A stretch of 64,000 nt of DNA, the filler included, from Sanchytrium tribonematis (Eukaryota): NCBI GenBank assembly GCA_018985235.1. It is 11 parts of 11 records of this genome, joined end to end, with 100 filler letters (N's around TTAATTAATTAA, not from the genome) between each part and the next. Parts side by side here need not be neighbours in the genome. Positions count along the whole stretch, not along the records: positions 44,522 to 48,501 come from JADGIG010000772.1; positions 48,602 to 52,577 come from JADGIG010000773.1; positions 52,678 to 56,652 come from JADGIG010000774.1; 8 more parts are not named here. One strand, written 5' to 3'. The notes beneath the pieces were generated by a model that was not told where the DNA came from, ran no database searches, and saw nothing but the letters and a program-made list of their open reading frames with translations. A program made the position numbers and the translations under genes. This document shows positions 44,608 to 55,638 of the stretch, piece by piece; the first letter of the stretch is position 1, and each line of letters begins with the position of its first letter.

Positions 44608-45585
44608 ATGGCAAGTTCATTAGCGTATCAAGTATTCCAACAAACCACTGCATTTATCCGTAAAATGCAACGATTTCTATGTAATCGTAAAATGGTCAAA
44701 TTTGTCAATCATTTAAAATCACATACGACTAAATTGATCAAGGCATTACCTGGTGGTGAATTGGCTTTATGGGGTTTAGAAACAGTTGCTTTGGGATTGT
44801 CTTTTGGTGTTGGAATTGCTAAAGCATTTTTAGAAGATGTGCACAAAGATAAATCTAGATTTGGGAGTGACTATGGCAGTAGATCTATTGGGGGTGACTA
44901 TAGATCCCCTTCAACATTTGGTAGAAGCAGCTTAACAGGACGACCATCTGATATGTATGACAGTGGCAGTGGCAGAACACCTGGCAGTTTACGACCAAGT
45001 AGCAGTGTCACAGGACAAAAATTTGATATGTATGGTCGACCAATTCGCAGTAGTGGTAGATTATCTGTTAAGAGCAGTCATCTTGACGATGAAGACGGTG
45101 TAGGTGATTCAGACGACGAAGAAGAAGAAGATGATGATGATGATGAAGATGGTGAAAATGAATTTGGTCCTGACTCTGTCCCTCTCCGCAAGAGACAAGT
45201 TGAAATCACCCCACAATCCATTTTAACAACTGCTGCATTTGTACAAAATGTGACTGAAAGTGCAGATAGAACAGATGATTTTGGAGTCACAGGTCAAGAT
45301 GTAGAAGCAGAAGAACTGAAATTACAACAAATTGGAAAAGATGCTGAAAATCATGGTCAATTGGCTGTGATTGCACAATTAAAAGAATTATTTAGATTGG
45401 TAGAAGTGATTGAGAAATTACCAATTGAACAACAATATGCATTAATTGATAGTAAAATCTTTGGACAGGGGATTATGGGATTTAAACCCATTGTGGTGAT
45501 GACTGTGTTTGTGCCATCGTATAAACAATATATGAATGCGACTATTTTAAACAAAGTAGAATCAGATATCACAGCGACACAATAA
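44608..45585 (+). CDS. Hypothetical protein with G/S/R-rich and acidic tracts (may be 5'-truncated)
   Basis: 325-aa ORF ending CAATAAA; no family recognised. Confidence 0.6.
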   Translation: MASSLAYQVFQQTTAFIRKMQRFLCNRKMVKFVNHLKSHTTKLIKALPGGELALWGLETVALGLSFGVGIAKAFLEDVHKDKSRFGSDYGSRSIGGDYRSPSTFGRSSLTGRPSDMYDSGSGRTPGSLRPSSSVTGQKFDMYGRPIRSSGRLSVKSSHLDDEDGVGDSDDEEEEDDDDDEDGENEFGPDSVPLRKRQVEITPQSILTTAAFVQNVTESADRTDDFGVTGQDVEAEELKLQQIGKDAENHGQLAVIAQLKELFRLVEVIEKLPIEQQYALIDSKIFGQGIMGFKPIVVMTVFVPSYKQYMNATILNKVESDITATQ

Positions 45586-45734
45586 ATTTATTATGGAAAT
45601 TGTTGTTTTTTAGCTTGTGTAATGTGTGTTTTATTTTGTTTTATTGACGTGTACAAGGGGATATTTGTGAGACTATGATGTATTTGCGCGACATTGAAGG
45701 ATGTATTTGAACAAATCGGGTCTACTGGAGGAGA

Positions 45735-46592
45735 ATGATTTGGAATTGGATGATTTACGCAAAATGTGTTGAAAGTAATGAATATATAAAACCAATTATA
45801 AGAGATCCAATTGGGAATGAAGATAGAAAAGGAGCCACTCAATTGAAATCATGTCCTGCAATTAAAAGCAATGCATTTAAATTGAATGAGGATGGATTTG
45901 AATTTGTGGGAAATTTATTAGAGGGTGAAGATAAAATATTCAACAATCGAGATATTGAAAATTTTACCAAGGACTTTGACCGAAAGACGTATCAGAAATA
46001 TGGTAGAAAAGTCGAAAAATTGATTAAATCGAGATCAGGGTTGAAAGTATTTTGTCACACCAATTTTATATTTCGAAATAATGGCCATGAACTCTTTCAC
46101 ATTCTGCACAAGGACCGAGTTCGTGCTTCCGTTATAAAATTAGACAACAAGTTTGGAAATTACAAGGAGTCCAATGTTTTAAGCGAAACAGAATTAGGAA
46201 TTTTAAATGAGTTTTTAGAAAAGGAGCAAGTTGTTGATAACATCAATTTATGGTTAAATATTGGCCAAATTATAAAACATTTTCCACTCGCATTTGTTCC
46301 AAAACAGCAAAGTGAACAATGTCCTATATCAGAGTTTTCTGCTTATTATTTTAAAGAAATGAAATTTGGAGATGCACTAATATTTGACGGTCATATCTAT
46401 CATGGAGCACTTCATCGTGAGACGATTGGCGACAATCAAAGAATTTCCTCAACCCCTTTGAGAACAGCAATTAGCTTTATTTGTGTAAAACTGCCAAATC
46501 ATATCATGGAAATTATCCAAAAATTAAAAACAAGTCACACTTATTGGAATTCTTTTAAACGTAAACTAAAACTGAAATTTAGCCCGGAATAA
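45735..46592 (+). CDS. Putative AsaB/CmcJ/NvfI-like Fe(II)/2OG oxidoreductase
   Basis: F.L...GFE, H.D, INLW, PLAF, YY..EM..GDALIFD...H.A and R.AIS match the family motif order. Confidence 0.6.
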   Translation: MIWNWMIYAKCVESNEYIKPIIRDPIGNEDRKGATQLKSCPAIKSNAFKLNEDGFEFVGNLLEGEDKIFNNRDIENFTKDFDRKTYQKYGRKVEKLIKSRSGLKVFCHTNFIFRNNGHELFHILHKDRVRASVIKLDNKFGNYKESNVLSETELGILNEFLEKEQVVDNINLWLNIGQIIKHFPLAFVPKQQSEQCPISEFSAYYFKEMKFGDALIFDGHIYHGALHRETIGDNQRISSTPLRTAISFICVKLPNHIMEIIQKLKTSHTYWNSFKRKLKLKFSPE

Positions 46593-46645
46593 ATCAAGAA
46601 TATTTTGAGAATTGTGGCTTGTAAACATATTTCATATCACGAAAC

Positions 46646-48176
46646 ATGAAATTTATTTTTCAAATTCTATTTCTCATTTTACATGCATCAGATTGTCAAA
46701 CGACTCTAGATTTCTTCATGTATTTAAATATGCATATCACAGATCCTGTTGAATTCAATTTAATTCCCCAAAATTGCTGTGATTATCAAAGTAATAGCAT
46801 TTATACGCCATATGACACACCCTATCATGATATAGTAATCAATTGCACAGCTACACAAGTCACTACAATACAAGTAATCAATTTAAATATTAACGGGTTT
46901 ATTAATTCAACCAGTTTACCCAAAAATATTAAAAATTTGATTATTTCTTCAAATCTTCAATTGACTACTTTGGTACCAAATGATTTGCCAGATTCATTAG
47001 ATTATCTTGATTTAGGTGGTAATAGTTTATATGGACCCATTCCGACTACATTACCAGTTAATTTGACTCAATTATCATTTAGTAACAATCATTTGACTGG
47101 AAATATCCCTAAAATGCCACCAAATTTAATCAAATTGTATTTGGACTATAATGATTTAAGTGGGGATATTCCAAATGATTTACCAAGTGGTTTACAGTAT
47201 TTATTGGTGTATTATAATCAATTTACGGGATCAATCAATCATTTGCCAGATACTTTAAAACAAGTAATACTGGATGTGAATTTATTCAATGGTACCCTTG
47301 ATCGCATCACCCGTCATGTTTACTATTTCTCCGTTAGTTATAATCTCTTGTCTGGTGAAATTACAGCTGATTTACCTGATAAATTAGACTTCTTGTCGTT
47401 GGATTATAATTTATTGACAGGGGTATTTCCACAGTCATTCTTGCAAGTGCCTAGTTTATATATCAATGACAATCCATTTACTGGTTGTTTTGATGTTGTG
47501 GTAGGGTGTACAACATGTTATATGTTTAGAAATCAATTTCGAGGTCCTATTGTCTTTCAAAAACCAATTAGTTTGGCTATTTTTGGCAATTTGATTACAA
47601 ATGTGACTATTATTGATAATTCTACATTAACTGATTGTGAATTAGATAATAATCCATTGTTAAATGCAGTTGGATTAGATCAATTACCATCCATTTGCAC
47701 AAAAACTAAGTTATTTGCGAATACAGGGTATATTTGTGCAAATAACCAAAGCAGCATTGTAAATAGTACTGTAAAAAGCATTTCACAAAGTCAGACAAGT
47801 GGGATTATTGCAGAATCTACAATTAAAAGTGTGACACCACATGAAATCACCATTGTGACACGTTCATTTGACTCATATAGGTCCTGTATTTGTTGCTAAA
47901 TCGACATCATTTGTAGAATATACAATTGATTTCTCATTAGAACCAGAAACAGAGTCATTTTCTTTAAGTTCAAGCAGTGTTTCAATGATTTTTGAAAAAT
48001 GGAGAGCCAACATATCCCCAATTGAATTAACTATTAGCATACCAGTGTTTGCTAGAATATTTATCAGTTTGGGATTAATTGTTTATGTGCTCACTGATAC
48101 TTTCACCTTGAAAAGGAGAAAAACAAAAGTATCTAAAAGTACTATGAACAAATCACTTGATATTTCAATAAATTGA
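46646..48176 (+). CDS. LRR receptor-like protein (signal-LRR-stalk-TM); exons 46646..47861 and 47881..48176
   Basis: Signal peptide, HASDC..CC..C cap, LRRs, C-cap, S/T stalk; TM PVFARIFISLGLIVYVL followed by KRRKTK. Confidence 0.9.
47862..47880 (+). other. 19-nt phase-1 intron (GTTCATTTGACTCATATAG) before the TM exon
   Basis: Removal gives ...IVTR|PVFVAKSTS, joining ORFs 46646..47899 and 47868..48176. Confidence 0.85.
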
Positions 48177-48234
48177 TTGTCAATAAATGTCGTCGAGATT
48201 TGTGGCTTGAAATATATCTATCACGAAACTTGAA

Positions 48235-48501
48235 ATGTTTTCATTCATCTTGTTTTTCATTTTACATGCTACAGATTGTAGTTTAACCATGACATTCTTC
48301 AAATCATTAAAGATGCATATCACAGATCCATCAGAATTCAATAAAATACCCCAAAGTTGTTGTAATTACCAAAGTACCAGCACATTTACCCCATATTTGA
48401 CACCACTCAGTAAAGTAGGTATTTTTTGTACTTCTGGTGCTGTCACTGCCATTCAAGTGATTAATTTAAATATTAATGGGGTGTTTAATGTATCTAGTAT
48501 C
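48235..48501 (+). CDS. LRR receptor-like protein, tandem paralog, 3'-truncated
   Basis: N-terminus is very similar to the 46646 gene (LHA.DC, MHITDP.EFN.IPQ.CC.YQS, IQVINLNING). Confidence 0.9.
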
Positions 48502-49982
48502 NNNNNNNNNNNNNNNNNNNNNNNNNNNNNNNNNNNNNNNNNNNNTTAATTAATTAANNNNNNNNNNNNNNNNNNNNNNNNNNNNNNNNNNNNNNNNNNN
48601 NTGAATTGCAGGTTGAAGAATGAAAGGAGATGGTCAAACAGTTGCGCAATTTCAGCCAATCAATTTATCTCACCAAACTTCCACCGGTGACTTGAATCCC
48701 CCTCAGCATTGACAGCGCTTGATGAATTACTTTCCACTGATAATCCATTACGAACGAATTTCGAGTGTTTTTCATTCTTGAAGGCATCGCAATACCCATC
48801 AAATGATTGCCAGTGGACATCATTTTATCAAGTAATTGATTGTATTTAATATGATGTAGTCCTCGAATATTTACAAATTCTAAATTAATGATTTGTTTTC
48901 ATAATCACGATTTCCACCATACTGATGAAAGTACAGAATATGACATCTAATATTCCAAGTTAATAAAATTTATCAAGTATGTGGCTTCAAAAATTCTTGA
49001 GATGATATTTGATGTAGTGTTTTGGAAATTGTTTTGCAGAATTTGACCAGGTTGGATATCACAATTCAAGTGATTCTGACTTATCTGGCACAGCCGGGTT
49101 CCTTTTTTAATTTGGGGACATATCTTGATTGGTTGTAGTAGTTGAATTTGCTTGTTTTGTAGACATTGTGGGTTATTCAATCGATGGTGCTGGTGATTCG
49201 GTTATTTTTAAGATCGTATTTGAGCTGATTGGGGTGATTCTACATCGTCAAGGATTTCTTTGCATGGTGATGGGGTACAATTTAATTCTTTTGGCTTGAC
49301 ATTTGTTGATGTCATTTTTTCACCAATATGGCATTTTAAGAAGTCGTAAGAGTCAGTCATCATGGATAATAGTGAAATATAGGATTCATCATTATCGTAA
49401 TTCAATTTATCCTCTTTTGTAAAACGGATTTGCAAAATTGATTTGATTTCCTCTTTGTTGATTTTACTCAGTATGGTCATTTTCATAGTGTCAAACTGTG
49501 TTAGGACGTCACTGGGATTTAATCAGCGATCAATTTTACCAAAAGTAATTTTGCTATCTTATTCCACGTTGAATGATTAGCACTATAGTTTCATGTGTTT
49601 TAGTGGTGCTTTAAAAATAATCTCGTTTGCTTTTAATATTAAAAATAGAGCAGGAAATGAAATTTTTAATATGGTTGCTGCAAAATTTGGGATTTGAGAA
49701 TTCACAATAACTCTACTACTGAAATAAATCTTTGTAGGAGAAATCAAGGGGAAGTCCAAACACGTACAAAAAGTTGAAGTGTCGGACATTTGATATATCT
49801 CCATTAGGTATCAATTCAATTTCTTCATAGAAGTCGTAATTGGTTCCTTTTCTACTAATAAATGCTTCTTGGATTTTAGTAAAGATTTTTCTTTTGTTTG
49901 GTTTTATGATTTTTGGTTTTAATCTTCCTTATAATAAATAGCGGCTATCAAATACGTATCATTAGTGCGGAATATCTTTTTA

Positions 49983-51292
49983 CCGTAGTATGCCAAATAG
50001 TTCGTACTAACCAAATAATTCGTAGTTCCAAATAATTCGGATTTTTGGTCCAAAATTGTCAATAATTCGCAGTAACCAAATAATTTGAAGTGGATGTAAG
50101 AGAAAAAAATAAATAATTTTTATGACAACTCCATTTCCTGTCGATGTTGTTAATCCATCAAGTAGAGGCGTTTATCACACTTATGATCTTAAAAACAAAA
50201 TTAAATTTTTAGATGAATATCATCTTGTAGGGAAAAACACGGCATTGTCACGTAAGAATTTCAATTTGACACATGTACCATTTAATACAATTGATTACTG
50301 GATCAAAACAGAAACTCAAATTCGTAACACTGCCAATTCATATACAAGGCGAAATGGTACAAGAAATAGGAAGAGATGTGCCGGTGGTGGTAGAAAACTC
50401 GTTTTAAAAGAAGGTGAATATGACATTTACAATCAAATAATTGAGATGCGAGATCAGAAAGTTCGTGTTACTCGCAAAATGGTATCTAGATTTGCTCTTT
50501 CATACGCGGAAAAAAATAACATTACTGGATTTAAAGCCACTTCAAAATGGCTGATTTTATTTTTTAAGATTCAATTTGTCATTAAGAAGATATTCCACAA
50601 TACAAACATTAGATGATGATGAAATAGTTAGAAGAAGTTTTGTGTATTTTAGATATTTGAAGCACACTTTCTTGAATGAGTTTGACACTTTGAAATTTCA
50701 AAATGTGATTGGCATGGATGAGACAGCTATTTATTTTACAAGTAGTCATACTTGTACTGTTGATGTGAAGGGAAAATCTAGTAATGTGGTAAAAGCAACA
50801 GGATTTGATTCGGACAGAATCACTTGCATTTTAGCCATCAAATCAGATGGTACTTTCTGTAAGCCAATGTTAATCTACAAGGGTGAGGAAAATGGTGTAC
50901 TGGAAAAATTCAATAATGTTTAAAATTACATTTCAAGAATTAATTGATAATGCCCCCATTAAAGAGATTGTTAAAACAGCAAAGCAGCTTGACAATGATG
51001 TAAATTCGCATTTCAATGTGCAAACAAAGCATACGACATTGTTAATGAGGCCAATGCAGATGATATTTCAGATTTTATTTGTGCATTTTGTGCAGCCGAA
51101 ATGATAAATTTGCAAGTGCATGTTTGTAAAGGCTGCAAATTACAGGTATATGGTCAGTCAATTGGTCGTTTAAAAGCAGACGGAATTTGTAGAAAGTGCG
51201 AATTTGAATAAATATTTGTGATGCCAAATTATTCGGATTTTTTCTCTCGAAATGTTAGTAATTCGCACTTCGAACTATTTGGCATACTACGG
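49983..51292 (+). mobile_element. pogo/Tigger-like (Tc1-mariner) DNA transposon, defective; 22-bp perfect TIRs, TA target duplication
   Basis: TA-CCGTAGTATGCCAAATAGTTCG (49983-50004) and CGAACTATTTGGCATACTACGG-TA (51271-51292); subterminal CCAAATAATTCG repeats. Confidence 0.92.
50122..51211 (+). pseudogene. pogo-type transposase (CENP-B HTH + partial DDE), frameshifted and internally deleted
   Basis: GGGRK, F.A...WL..F, then a frameshift near 50560 to LSLRR...Q, MDET.IYF, RIT..LA...DG...KPM.IYKG; the later catalytic D residues are absent. Confidence 0.88.
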
Positions 51293-51621
51293 TAGTAACG
51301 GATTTGGGTTAAGTTGGTTTTTGGATGTGGGATTTTGGGGATCTTCAGCCGGAGATGACAAATTGTTTGGTACCTCCATGTGTTGCATCTCACTCCCTAC
51401 CTCTGGGGAGTTTCTGAAACTCTGTTTTCTTGAAGATTCGTTTCATCCTCGTTCATGTTGTCACACACAACTTCTTCTGGAGTGTCAAACTCCATCACTT
51501 CGTGTCGTAGACTCTAAAATGAAAAGATAGATTAATTTATTGAGGGATCTCTTATTAAATAGCAGATCTAAATTTTGGATCCACATCCAACTAATTAATA
51601 AATGCCACATCCAATTTCAAT

Positions 51622-52577
51622 TCATGACATTCTGCCATCTTTCTCATCATTTGATTTCCATGGTATTACTTTTCTATAATTAACTCTTTGTAATAATCCA
51701 TGTTTGTTGATGGTGACAGTGTTATTTGTATGGCATTCTACAATTTTATAAGGACCTTCCTGTTGAGTATCCCATACAGATGTCATGTTTCTGTCTTCTT
51801 TACGCAATAAAATAAGATCGTTAATTTTAAATTGATGATTAATGCGTTTCTTATTGGTAAATTTTAAATCTCTTATAACAGATTGTGTAGGAGATTCAAA
51901 ATTCGTTTGTTGTTATTAAATTGAGGTAGAACCATGTCAAGTCCAAATATCATCTCTGATGGACTTTGATTGAGAGAAAAATGAATTGATGCTCTCAAAG
52001 CAAATGCGATTGGTTGTAAATTAATAAGCCATTTTTCTACTCCAATTGTACGAATCATTTGATTAATTGTTTGATGTACTCGTTCACAGACAGAATTTGC
52101 CGTGGCCATATAAGCTGTTGTTGTTGCTGTTTTAATTCCGTAAGCTTTTGTTAATTCCATCATTTCTTTACCAATTAATTCTTTTCCTTGGTCACTTACT
52201 AGTACTCTGGGACGAGGATAGCGACTAAACCACCCATCGTCAAGAGTATCACATATTGTAGACGCCGTATGATCCGAAAGAGGTATGAGCTCAATACATC
52301 TCGACTTTATATCGCAAATACTCAAAATAAAACGATATTCCACGCCATGCCTATCAGTGACTGTTGGTAATTTTCCTTGTATATCAATTGCAATTATTTC
52401 AAACGGTTGAATGTTATCATGGATTGTTGTTGGCCTTTAATTTGCCATATTGTTTACTATTTAATTTAGATGTTTTACATATTAAATAGTTATTGCAATA
52501 TCTTTTGGCATCTTTATAGAGTGTATCCCAAAATAATTTATGCTTCAAAATAGCAATAAATTTAGATTGTCCTGGAC
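51622..52577 (-). mobile_element. Ty3/gypsy LTR-retrotransposon integrase relic (frameshifted, cut by contig end)
   Basis: PFEIIAID, D..SR, SDQGKEL, ANS.CERVHQTI, W...L....FA.R, SP.EMIFG and GPY motif, in several frames. Confidence 0.9.
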
Positions 52578-52698
52578 NNNNNNNNNNNNNNNNNNNNNNN
52601 NNNNNNNNNNNNNNNNNNNNNTTAATTAATTAANNNNNNNNNNNNNNNNNNNNNNNNNNNNNNNNNNNNNNNNNNNNACAGCCACTAAATGCACTTGT

Positions 52699-54084
52699 TT
52701 AGCAACTCCAAAGGTCTTTCCACCAATAGTACCAGCAACGTGTGATCCATGGATCCAAATCTCCATTGACATAAATGACCTTATTGAGCAATTTAGTGGT
52801 CGAATATCTAGAATTCATCAATTCTGTGCGAGGGAGAGCCGGATTTGTCACATTTCCCAAAAGTTCTGGATATTGGCCGTCGCAGTAAGCTTCTCTACTC
52901 CATTTCTTAGTCAATAACTCTGTTCTCAAAGAATCTTTCTCTGGTGCGATTTGCCACCATCCAAATTGCGTGCAGCACTGATATCCCCATTTAATTGACG
53001 CATTTGGATCCCCAGCTTCTTCCGCAGTAGCAATTACAAACTTGATGTATTTAGCAATAAAATCGTCAAGGTTGGAGGAAGTGGATTTGCCTTTAAAGGA
53101 TCTTTTGTGCTTTCTTAGTTTTTTGGCAACTCTGCGGGAAGCTTTCTTGTTAAATCTATTCTCTTCCTCGTCATCTGAGCCATCATCTGACCAGTCGTCT
53201 TCACTGGGTGTGTAATCGGATTCATCTTCAGACTCATCCACGTCGCTTTCAGCATCAGATTCTTCAAAAACAGCACTTTCAGTCCCTTTACATAATTCGG
53301 CAACGTAGTCACTTGGGAAGTAGTTATACTGAATCTCACCAGACACAGCATATCCAAATGAGCTCAAAAACTCAACATCATCGATTTCGGTAGTTTCAAA
53401 GGTTTTCATTTTCCAACTGTCTAATTTCTTTCTATCTTCTTTTTGTACTCTGTCCATTTCTACAGTAGCTAATCTGACCATTCGGCGACATCCAGGTGGC
53501 AAAGCACGGGCTACCACTTGGTCGTATTCATAGAAATCTTCTTTTGCGTGTAATGGTGCGGAACTTGACCATCCTGTGTGGAACAATTCAGGGTACTTAC
53601 CAACTGTGTAGTGCACAAGGGAGCCAGAGTAACTGCCTCCAATAAGAATCCATTTCTTGGTTGGGCCAAAAGAATTTGCAAAAGTGGCTAAATCTTCTAC
53701 GGCTTCATCTGCAGTCACAAATTGAACTGGAAAAGAGCTATTCTCAGCGTAACCACGGTGTTCTACTCCATATTGTACAGCATTGAGTCGTTTGGCTAGT
53801 CGGCTGATGACAGAGTCTCCAGATTCTACACCTAGAGGCCCTTCTCCTCCAATATACAAAATAGCATATTCAGATTCATTTCGAGAAACTGAAGTACTAT
53901 AGTACGCTTGCTGCCATGTCTCTGCAGAGTTGGATTGAAAGTGACTCACTGGTTGAGTGAAATACTTGAACGGAGAAGCCTCCTGTCGCAAGATTTTCAT
54001 CTTCATTTGCTTTCTATACTTTAAATCTTCTGTATTGATCTTTTTCAAAATATCTACAGCAAGAACGAGAGAAAGAAGTTGCAT
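52699..54084 (-). CDS. Serine carboxypeptidase family S28 (PRCP/thymus-specific peptidase-like), aberrant C-terminus
   Basis: [26 protein letters not shown] nucleophile motif, [25 protein letters not shown]; lacks the downstream catalytic His region. Confidence 0.88.
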   Translation of the reverse strand: MQLLSLVLAVDILKKINTEDLKYRKQMKMKILRQEASPFKYFTQPVSHFQSNSAETWQQAYYSTSVSRNESEYAILYIGGEGPLGVESGDSVISRLAKRLNAVQYGVEHRGYAENSSFPVQFVTADEAVEDLATFANSFGPTKKWILIGGSYSGSLVHYTVGKYPELFHTGWSSSAPLHAKEDFYEYDQVVARALPPGCRRMVRLATVEMDRVQKEDRKKLDSWKMKTFETTEIDDVEFLSSFGYAVSGEIQYNYFPSDYVAELCKGTESAVFEESDAESDVDESEDESDYTPSEDDWSDDGSDDEEENRFNKKASRRVAKKLRKHKRSFKGKSTSSNLDDFIAKYIKFVIATAEEAGDPNASIKWGYQCCTQFGWWQIAPEKDSLRTELLTKKWSREAYCDGQYPELLGNVTNPALPRTELMNSRYSTTKLLNKVIYVNGDLDPWITRCWYYWWKDLWSC

Positions 54085-54280
54085 CAAGTGCTTCCCCAAA
54101 TGATTTCATCTGGATGGCAAAAGTGCGTCATTTGGATTGGTTTTATGCGTCATCAAACATCTCGTGACCGGGTCATTCATTCGTCATAATCACAACAACT
54201 TGTGCGAAAGGTTTTAACTTTGACAGGCACCAGCATTCATTCGAAAATTAATTCAAAATTGATAATAATCTCCTTGAATC

Positions 54281-54901
54281 ATGAGTTTGCCAAATGCGTG
54301 GTTGGTTAAAATACCAAAATTCTTACTAGAAGAATTCAATAACCAACAAAATGGCAAAAATTTAGGTGAACTAAAGCTTGAAGGTAAGCAGGGCACTTTA
54401 GAAATAGAACATCCCGAGCTTCCTCTAAAATATACGCTCAAAATTACAAATCCAAAAGCAGAAAACATGATTTCCTTTAATGAAAGCGGTGCCAAAGTCA
54501 ATATTGTAACTGAATGCACGCTGCAACCAGAATTAGATGAGAGATATCGACATATCATGAAGAAAAGAAAACTCGCATCACAATCCCAACGACAAAGTGA
54601 ATTTAGAGACAAAGAAATTAAACAGACTTATGAAAGAGACGGATTTAGTAAAGAAACAAAGAAGGGAATGCGTAAAGATGATGAAAAGAGAATTAGGCTG
54701 CCAGAAAAGCAAGTCATTGATTTATTATTCAGACTATTTGAACGATCCGAATACGCCAGTATGAAATCATTAGTAGAACAAACTGACCAATCCGCCTCAT
54801 ATTTAAAAGAAGTACTTCCTAAAATAGCAGAATTGATCAAACGTGGTCCGTATAATAGTATGTGGACCCTCAAAAATGAGTATAAACGATTAAAACAATA
54901 A
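54281..54901 (+). CDS. TFG2: Transcription factor IIF beta subunit
   Basis: WLVKIPKFL, EC...P, LFRLFE....S.K.L...T.Q...YLKEVL..IA.....GPY...W.LK.EY. Confidence 0.9.
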   Translation: MSLPNAWLVKIPKFLLEEFNNQQNGKNLGELKLEGKQGTLEIEHPELPLKYTLKITNPKAENMISFNESGAKVNIVTECTLQPELDERYRHIMKKRKLASQSQRQSEFRDKEIKQTYERDGFSKETKKGMRKDDEKRIRLPEKQVIDLLFRLFERSEYASMKSLVEQTDQSASYLKEVLPKIAELIKRGPYNSMWTLKNEYKRLKQ

Positions 54902-54919
54902 ATTTGTGTTCGATTGGGA

Positions 54920-55621
54920 ATGACACTCGGAGAACAATTGCATCAACTCATTGCCAAAAAACAGTCCAATTTATGTGTTAGTTTGGATTTGCCCACTTTA
55001 AAAGATGTCATTCAGGTGCTTGAATGGATCGGAAATGAGATTGTTGTCGCCAAATTACATATTGACACTTATCCTGATTTTACATCCGAATTAATGGAAC
55101 AAGTCATCAAATTAAAGCACCAATATAATTTCCTACTATTCGAGGATCGTAAATTTGCAGATATTGGCAATACGACTACTAAACAGTTAAAAGGCATTTA
55201 CAACATTGGAAATTGGGCAGATTTGATCACCGTACATGGATTACCTGGTCCTGGTATTATCAAAGCTGTTCATGAAGTGAATCCATTGTTAAAATGTTTA
55301 TTATTGGTGGAGATGTCAAGTGCAAATAATTTATTTAATCAAGAATACACGAATTCATGCATTCAAATGGCAAAAGACCATCCAGATCAAGTAGCTGGTA
55401 TTATTTCACAGCATAAATATGAGAATTTATTCACTTTTACACCCGGTGTGGCATTAGAAACAGGAAATGACAATTTAGGACAACAGTATAGAACCGTGGA
55501 ACAAGTCATGAAAGACGGGACTGATATTATTATAGTTGGTAGAGCCATTATCAGTCATTATCCAAATAAAGAAGCACTCATTTCTGCCACCAAAGCATTC
55601 AAATCAGCAGGATTCAAATAA
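54920..55621 (+). CDS. URA3: Orotidine-5'-phosphate decarboxylase
   Basis: KQSNLCVSLD, KLHID, FEDRKFADIGNT, TPGV...DNLGQQY, DIIIVGRAI. Confidence 0.97.
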   Translation: MTLGEQLHQLIAKKQSNLCVSLDLPTLKDVIQVLEWIGNEIVVAKLHIDTYPDFTSELMEQVIKLKHQYNFLLFEDRKFADIGNTTTKQLKGIYNIGNWADLITVHGLPGPGIIKAVHEVNPLLKCLLLVEMSSANNLFNQEYTNSCIQMAKDHPDQVAGIISQHKYENLFTFTPGVALETGNDNLGQQYRTVEQVMKDGTDIIIVGRAIISHYPNKEALISATKAFKSAGFK

Positions 55622-55638
55622 ATTTTATTTTTCAAAAC

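Noticed and set aside
47840..47900. Programmed ribosomal frameshifting or pseudogenisation as the cause of split LRR ORFs
   Set aside because: There is no shared slippery sequence, and every break is explained by a 19-20-nt GT..AG segment like those in housekeeping genes.
48602..49980. Short ORFs 48947..49180, 49208..49486 and 49583..49804
   Set aside because: Fragmentary with no motifs; probably degenerate sequence within the TE-rich contig.
49983..50090. CCAAATAATTCG short repeats as a CRISPR-like array
   Set aside because: Units are about 12 nt with short irregular spacing and match the transposon TIR core; the context is eukaryotic with no cas genes.
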